Origin: Azolla caroliniana | Taxonomy: Eukaryota; Plantae; Polypodiophyta | NCBI GenBank assembly: GCA_043228905.1 | Contig: JBHGNT010000012.1 | Coordinates: forward strand, 20,398,001-20,462,000 | Direction of reading: 5' to 3' | DNA: 64,000 bases | In this document: positions 59,935 to 64,000 of the stretch, piece by piece | Numbering within the stretch: the first letter of the stretch is position 1 | Layout: each line of letters starts with the position of its first letter | Made by a program: the position numbers and the translations under genes | Notes under the pieces: model-generated | What the model saw: the letters and a program-made list of their open reading frames with translations, nothing else | Database searches by the model: none | Told to the model about the DNA's origin: nothing

Positions 59935-60312
59935 GCACTATATAGAAGTTACACCAATAACTCTATCATCATCACTATTAAGTTTGCCCTAGGTCATATT
60001 TATACTAATATGACTTTCGGGCTATTTACAAATATAACCCCAGTGGGCTCTCTAGAATATATTTACATATATGTCCCTTCCATCCGATGAGAGGTTCTCA
60101 CCGGGCCTGCAACATCCGCTTCTCACCGGGTCTTCCTTGCCGGGTACTCGTCATCCGGTTATCACCGGGTCTGCATCATCCGGTTCTCATCGGGTCTTCC
60201 TTGCCGGGTACTTGTCATCCGGTTCTCACCGGGTCTTCCGTTGCCGAGTACTCCACATCCGGTTCTCACTAGGTCTTCCGTCATCCCATCCGGAGGGACT
60301 GAGATCCTAACA
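54972..60312 (-). mobile_element. Full-length defective Ty1/Copia; pol related to 28424-33762 but with a different Gag N-terminus and LTR
   Basis: LTRs 54972-55638 and 59564-60312; TSD atgac; PBS complement at 59549-59560; PPT complement ctcccccttc at 55641. Removal restores host EQPMT-CIWHGRLGH. Confidence 0.95.
59847..59931 (+). repeat. (CT)n microsatellite expanded in the 5' LTR
   Basis: About 42 units versus about 7 in the partner LTR near 55256. Confidence 0.9.
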
Positions 60313-60730
60313 AATGACTTGTATTTGGCATGGTCGTTTAGGTCACATGTCTCGTACTGGAATGGAAACATTATCACATTTTGGCTATTTACCTATGTTA
60401 TCATTTTCAAATTTTTCAGTTTGTGAGCATTGTCAATATGTCAAACAAACTAGAAGTGTGCATCAGAATATTAATTCTAATTCGTCTACTCAACCCTTGG
60501 ATCTAGTTCATACGGATGTATGTGGCCCTATGCCTACCAGATCATTGGGTGGAGCTTTGTACTTTATTACATTTATTGATGATGCCACAAGAAAGGTTTG
60601 GGTGTATCCCAAAAACAAAAGGGCGATGTATACTCTACTTTTAGAAAATGGCTTGCCTCAGTTGAGACTAAAAAGGGTACAAAGCTTAAGGCCTTACGTT
60701 CTGATAATGGAGGTGAGTATACCTCTCACG

Positions 60731-61185
60731 TGTTACGGGCATGACCATATAATATCCTGTGGTAAGAATTTACCGTAGTATTCTATACACGTGGATAAGT
60801 GTGAGGGTTAAATGAGAGTGTAAAGAAGGGGAGGATTACTTTTAATCCTCGGGATTGAGACAACCCATTAGGTCAAGTGTGAACTTGCCTGGGGGCCTTG
60901 GGTTTCGCTATAAATAAGAGGCCTAGCTACCCTCATTTGATCATCTTTTGACTACATCGAGACTCTGCTCGTGTGGTGGGTCAACTCTTGTAGCGAGCGC
61001 GCCAGCACCAGGTACGACTCGACGCCACGGCGGTGGTATGGGACGCCGATCGAGGCTCGAGTCCGTCTCAATCCCTTCGCTCGGGGGTGGTCGGGTGGAT
61101 CGGCACCCTTCTTTCTCTTTCTCCTTTCTATCTTTCATTTCTTTATCCTTATCTTAAGCTTACTTTAGTACCTAGATCTATAATA
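60731..61185 (+). mobile_element. Solo LTR (455 bp) inside the integrase of the host Copia
   Basis: Starts tgttac, ends ataata (CA decayed); TSD tcacg; TATA ctataaata. Removal restores GEYTSH-EFRDFC. Confidence 0.88.
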
Positions 61186-61231
61186 TCACGAGTTCAGAGA
61201 TTTTTGTGATTCTAGAGGCATACGTAGAGAG

Positions 61232-63463
61232 TTGACTGCCCCTTACACTCTAGTACAAAATGGTGTGGCAGAAAGGATGAATAGAACCATCCAGGACAAG
61301 GTTGTTTCTATGTTGCATCATGCAAATCTGCCGCAAGGTTTTTGGGCTAAAGCAGTTTGCACAACAGTCCATGTGATAAATCTATCACCTAGCACTGCCA
61401 AAGGCTTGAAAGTGGCACAAGAGTTGTGGACAAGAAAAACCCCAAACTATGATCATCTTAGGGTATTTGGATGTGAAGCGTATGTTCATGTTCCAAAACA
61501 ATTACGGCAAAAACTAGATTTTAAGAGCAGGATATGTATTTTCCTTGGCTATGGCGTAGATGGTCAATTTGGATATCGTTTGTGGGATCCTGAAACACGC
61601 ACTATAGTCAAAAGTAGTGATGTCGTTTTCAATGAAAAGATTATGCATAAGCAGCCAATTAAGGAAGTGGAAGTGAGGAAAGTGGCATTTCAGGATGTTA
61701 TACCCTCTATTAGTGTGGAAAAGGATAACCCCACACCGATGTTGAACAGTCCTATAAATTTTCACCCATATGAGGATGTTCAAAATGAGGATGCATGTGT
61801 ACAACCTGAAAAAAGTCTGACTCCGGTTCAGCAACCAGTGAGACGATCTACTCATGTCTCTAGGCCACCTGCTAAGCTCACGGACTATGTGATGTTAACG
61901 GATGGTGGTCAACCCTCTTGTTATAAGGAAGCTATTTTGGCCAATGATCATGCTAAGTGGGAGTGTGCCATGCAAAATGAATTGGACAACATATATAAAA
62001 ATGGTACTCAGGATCTAGTACCTTTGCCAAAGGACAGGAAAGCATTGCCATGCAAATGGGTATACAAGTACAAGTATACATCTGATAATGCTTCCCCAAA
62101 GTATAAAGCACGCTTGGTTGCCAAAGGTTTCAAGCAAGAACATGGAATTGATTTTGATGAAACCTTTTCTCCTGTAGTTAAGATGACTACATTGTGTATG
62201 TTGCTTTCATTGGCTGCAAATCAGAATTTGGAATTAGTCCAAATGGATGTGAAGACTGCCTTTTTACATGGGGACCTTGATGAGGATATTTATATGGAAC
62301 AACCTGAAGGTCATGAAGTCTCGGGAAAAGAACATTTGGTATGTAAACTCAAGAAGAGTTTGTATGGGCTTAAACAGTCCCCTAGGTTGTGGTACCAAAC
62401 GCTTGATGCTTTTATGAAGACTCAAGGATATACTAGAAGCAATGAGGATGCATGTCTTTATACAAAAAACTGTTTAGATGGGAGTTTTATCACATTGATA
62501 CTATATGTTGATGACATGCTTATTGTTGGTAAAAACAAGGGTGAGTTATCCTCGTTGAAGAAAAACTTGGGCCTGAATTTTGACATGAAGGACTTGGGAG
62601 ATGCAAAACATATTCTTGGTATGTGTATTACTCGTGATAGGAGTAAGCGATGCATTTACTTGTCTCAGGCTGAATACATATCGAAAGTGCTCAAGAGGTT
62701 TAATATGGAGAATGCAAAGTCGTTGAGCACTCCATTGCCTACATATGTAAAACTGAGCACATGTGATTGCCCCACATTTGATGAGGACAAGGAATTCATG
62801 TCCAAGGTTCCTTATCAATCCGCAGTTGGGAGTCTTATGTATGCCATGGTGGCTACTAGACAAGACATTGCATTTGCAGTGGGAGCTGTAAGTCGATTCA
62901 TGTCAAACCCTAGTAAGAAACACTGGGATGCAATCAAGTTGATACTGAGATATCTGAGTGGCACTAAGGATAAGTGCCTTTGTTTAGGCAAAGAGAATGC
63001 CTCTATCATTGGATACACAGATTCGGATTATGCCGGATGCGCTGATAGTAGGAAATCTACTTCAGGGTACATCTTTCAGATTATGGGAGGTGTTATTGCT
63101 TGGAGATCTCGTCTTCAAGATTGTGTCGCATTGTCAACAACAGAGGCTGGGTATGTTGCAGCTAGTGAGGCATGTAAGGAAGCGGTGTGGCTATCTCGAT
63201 TAGCTAGTGACATGGGTATACCACAACATGTACCCAAACAGTTTTGTGATAGTTAGAGTGTCATTGCTTTGGCTAAGAATCCGGTATATCATGCGAAGAC
63301 CAAACATATTGGAGTGCGATACCATTTTATTCGGGAATGCATAGCTAATGTTTATATTAGCCTTGAGAAGGTTGTTTCTCGCGAAAATGCCGCAAATGCA
63401 TTGACCAAGGCCTTAGCACAAGATGCGTTGGAGCATTGTTGTTACTTGATGGGCATTACTTAG
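61232..63463 (+). pseudogene. Copia IN C-terminus-RT-RNase H (674-aa open stretch, stop in RH)
   Basis: QMDVKTAFLHG, LYVDDM, YTDSDYAG, KHIGVRYHF. Confidence 0.92.
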
Positions 63464-63630
63464 TACCTTACGTTACACACTTGTCGTGTACATTGTGTAA
63501 CATGCCCATCAGGTGGGAGGTATAGATCTAGGTCTTGTACAGGACAACCTTCCATTATTTGTACTCCTAGTTTACGCCTTTTAGTGGGAGATTGTTATAC
63601 ATGTACCCCCGATACATGGTAAGTGTGAAA

Positions 63631-64000
63631 GAAAAATAAAAACCGTTGGCAATTACAAAAAATACAAATAAAAAGGCTAATTAAGTTTTTGCCAATTTTA
63701 GATCTTATGTTTGATTTTTCTTTCCGTTCACATTTTTGTTTTTTTTTCAATTGAGAATCTGTTTTTCACAAGATTATTGGAAGGATATTCGGAAATTATA
63801 TCCAAAAAGGTAAATTTTGGCGTGTAGCGGTCATTTTATTTCCCACTCTTAATCACAGCAGATTATCACTAATCCTTCTAATTATCACTAGGCCATCCCT
63901 AATCACATCCTAATGAGATTCCTAATCATGCGCTGTCGAGGATGCGTTCAGCAGACACGTGTCATTTTTTATTTATTTAATGCTGCGTTAAAGTACGGCT
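63631..64000. mobile_element. Start of an unrelated AT-rich insertion, possibly a DNA-transposon end, truncating the LTR
   Basis: LTR homology stops abruptly at 63630; gacacgtgtc palindrome; continues beyond the window. Confidence 0.3.

Larger units (their letters stand above)
52549..63630 (+). mobile_element. AT-rich decayed Ty1/Copia carrying two nested insertions; 3' LTR truncated
   Basis: 5' LTR 52549-52875; PBS tggtattagagc; Gag (IRKFDGSNFALWK, CHYCHKKGHIKKDC); WLLDSGAS; IN-RT-RH 60314-63463; PPT agtgggag; 3' LTR start 63593-63630. Confidence 0.9.

Overview
Gene-free, plant-type heterochromatic window made almost entirely of nested transposable elements. A seed-free plant is a guess from element types and cannot be proven. 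Most junctions resolve by target-site duplication (TSD), often with the host reading frame restored. Contents: about ten Ty1/Copia elements or fragments, one with an uninterrupted 1357-aa polyprotein (28424-33762). One young intact Ty3/Gypsy (18953-26062) with a tRNA-Trp primer site, a 4-bp TSD, and Gag-protease joined to RT-RH-IN by a predicted -1 frameshift (G GAU UUU UAG plus pseudoknot). A non-coding tandem LTR element sharing that Gypsy's cis signals (37446-~40410). A LINE endonuclease fragment folded into a 219-bp-arm inverted repeat. A TIR (MULE-like) element (49683-52415) carrying three tRNA-like Pol III units alternating with clusters of near-perfect palindromes. No host protein-coding gene, rRNA or bona fide tRNA is supported. 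Identities and mismatch counts were judged by eye.
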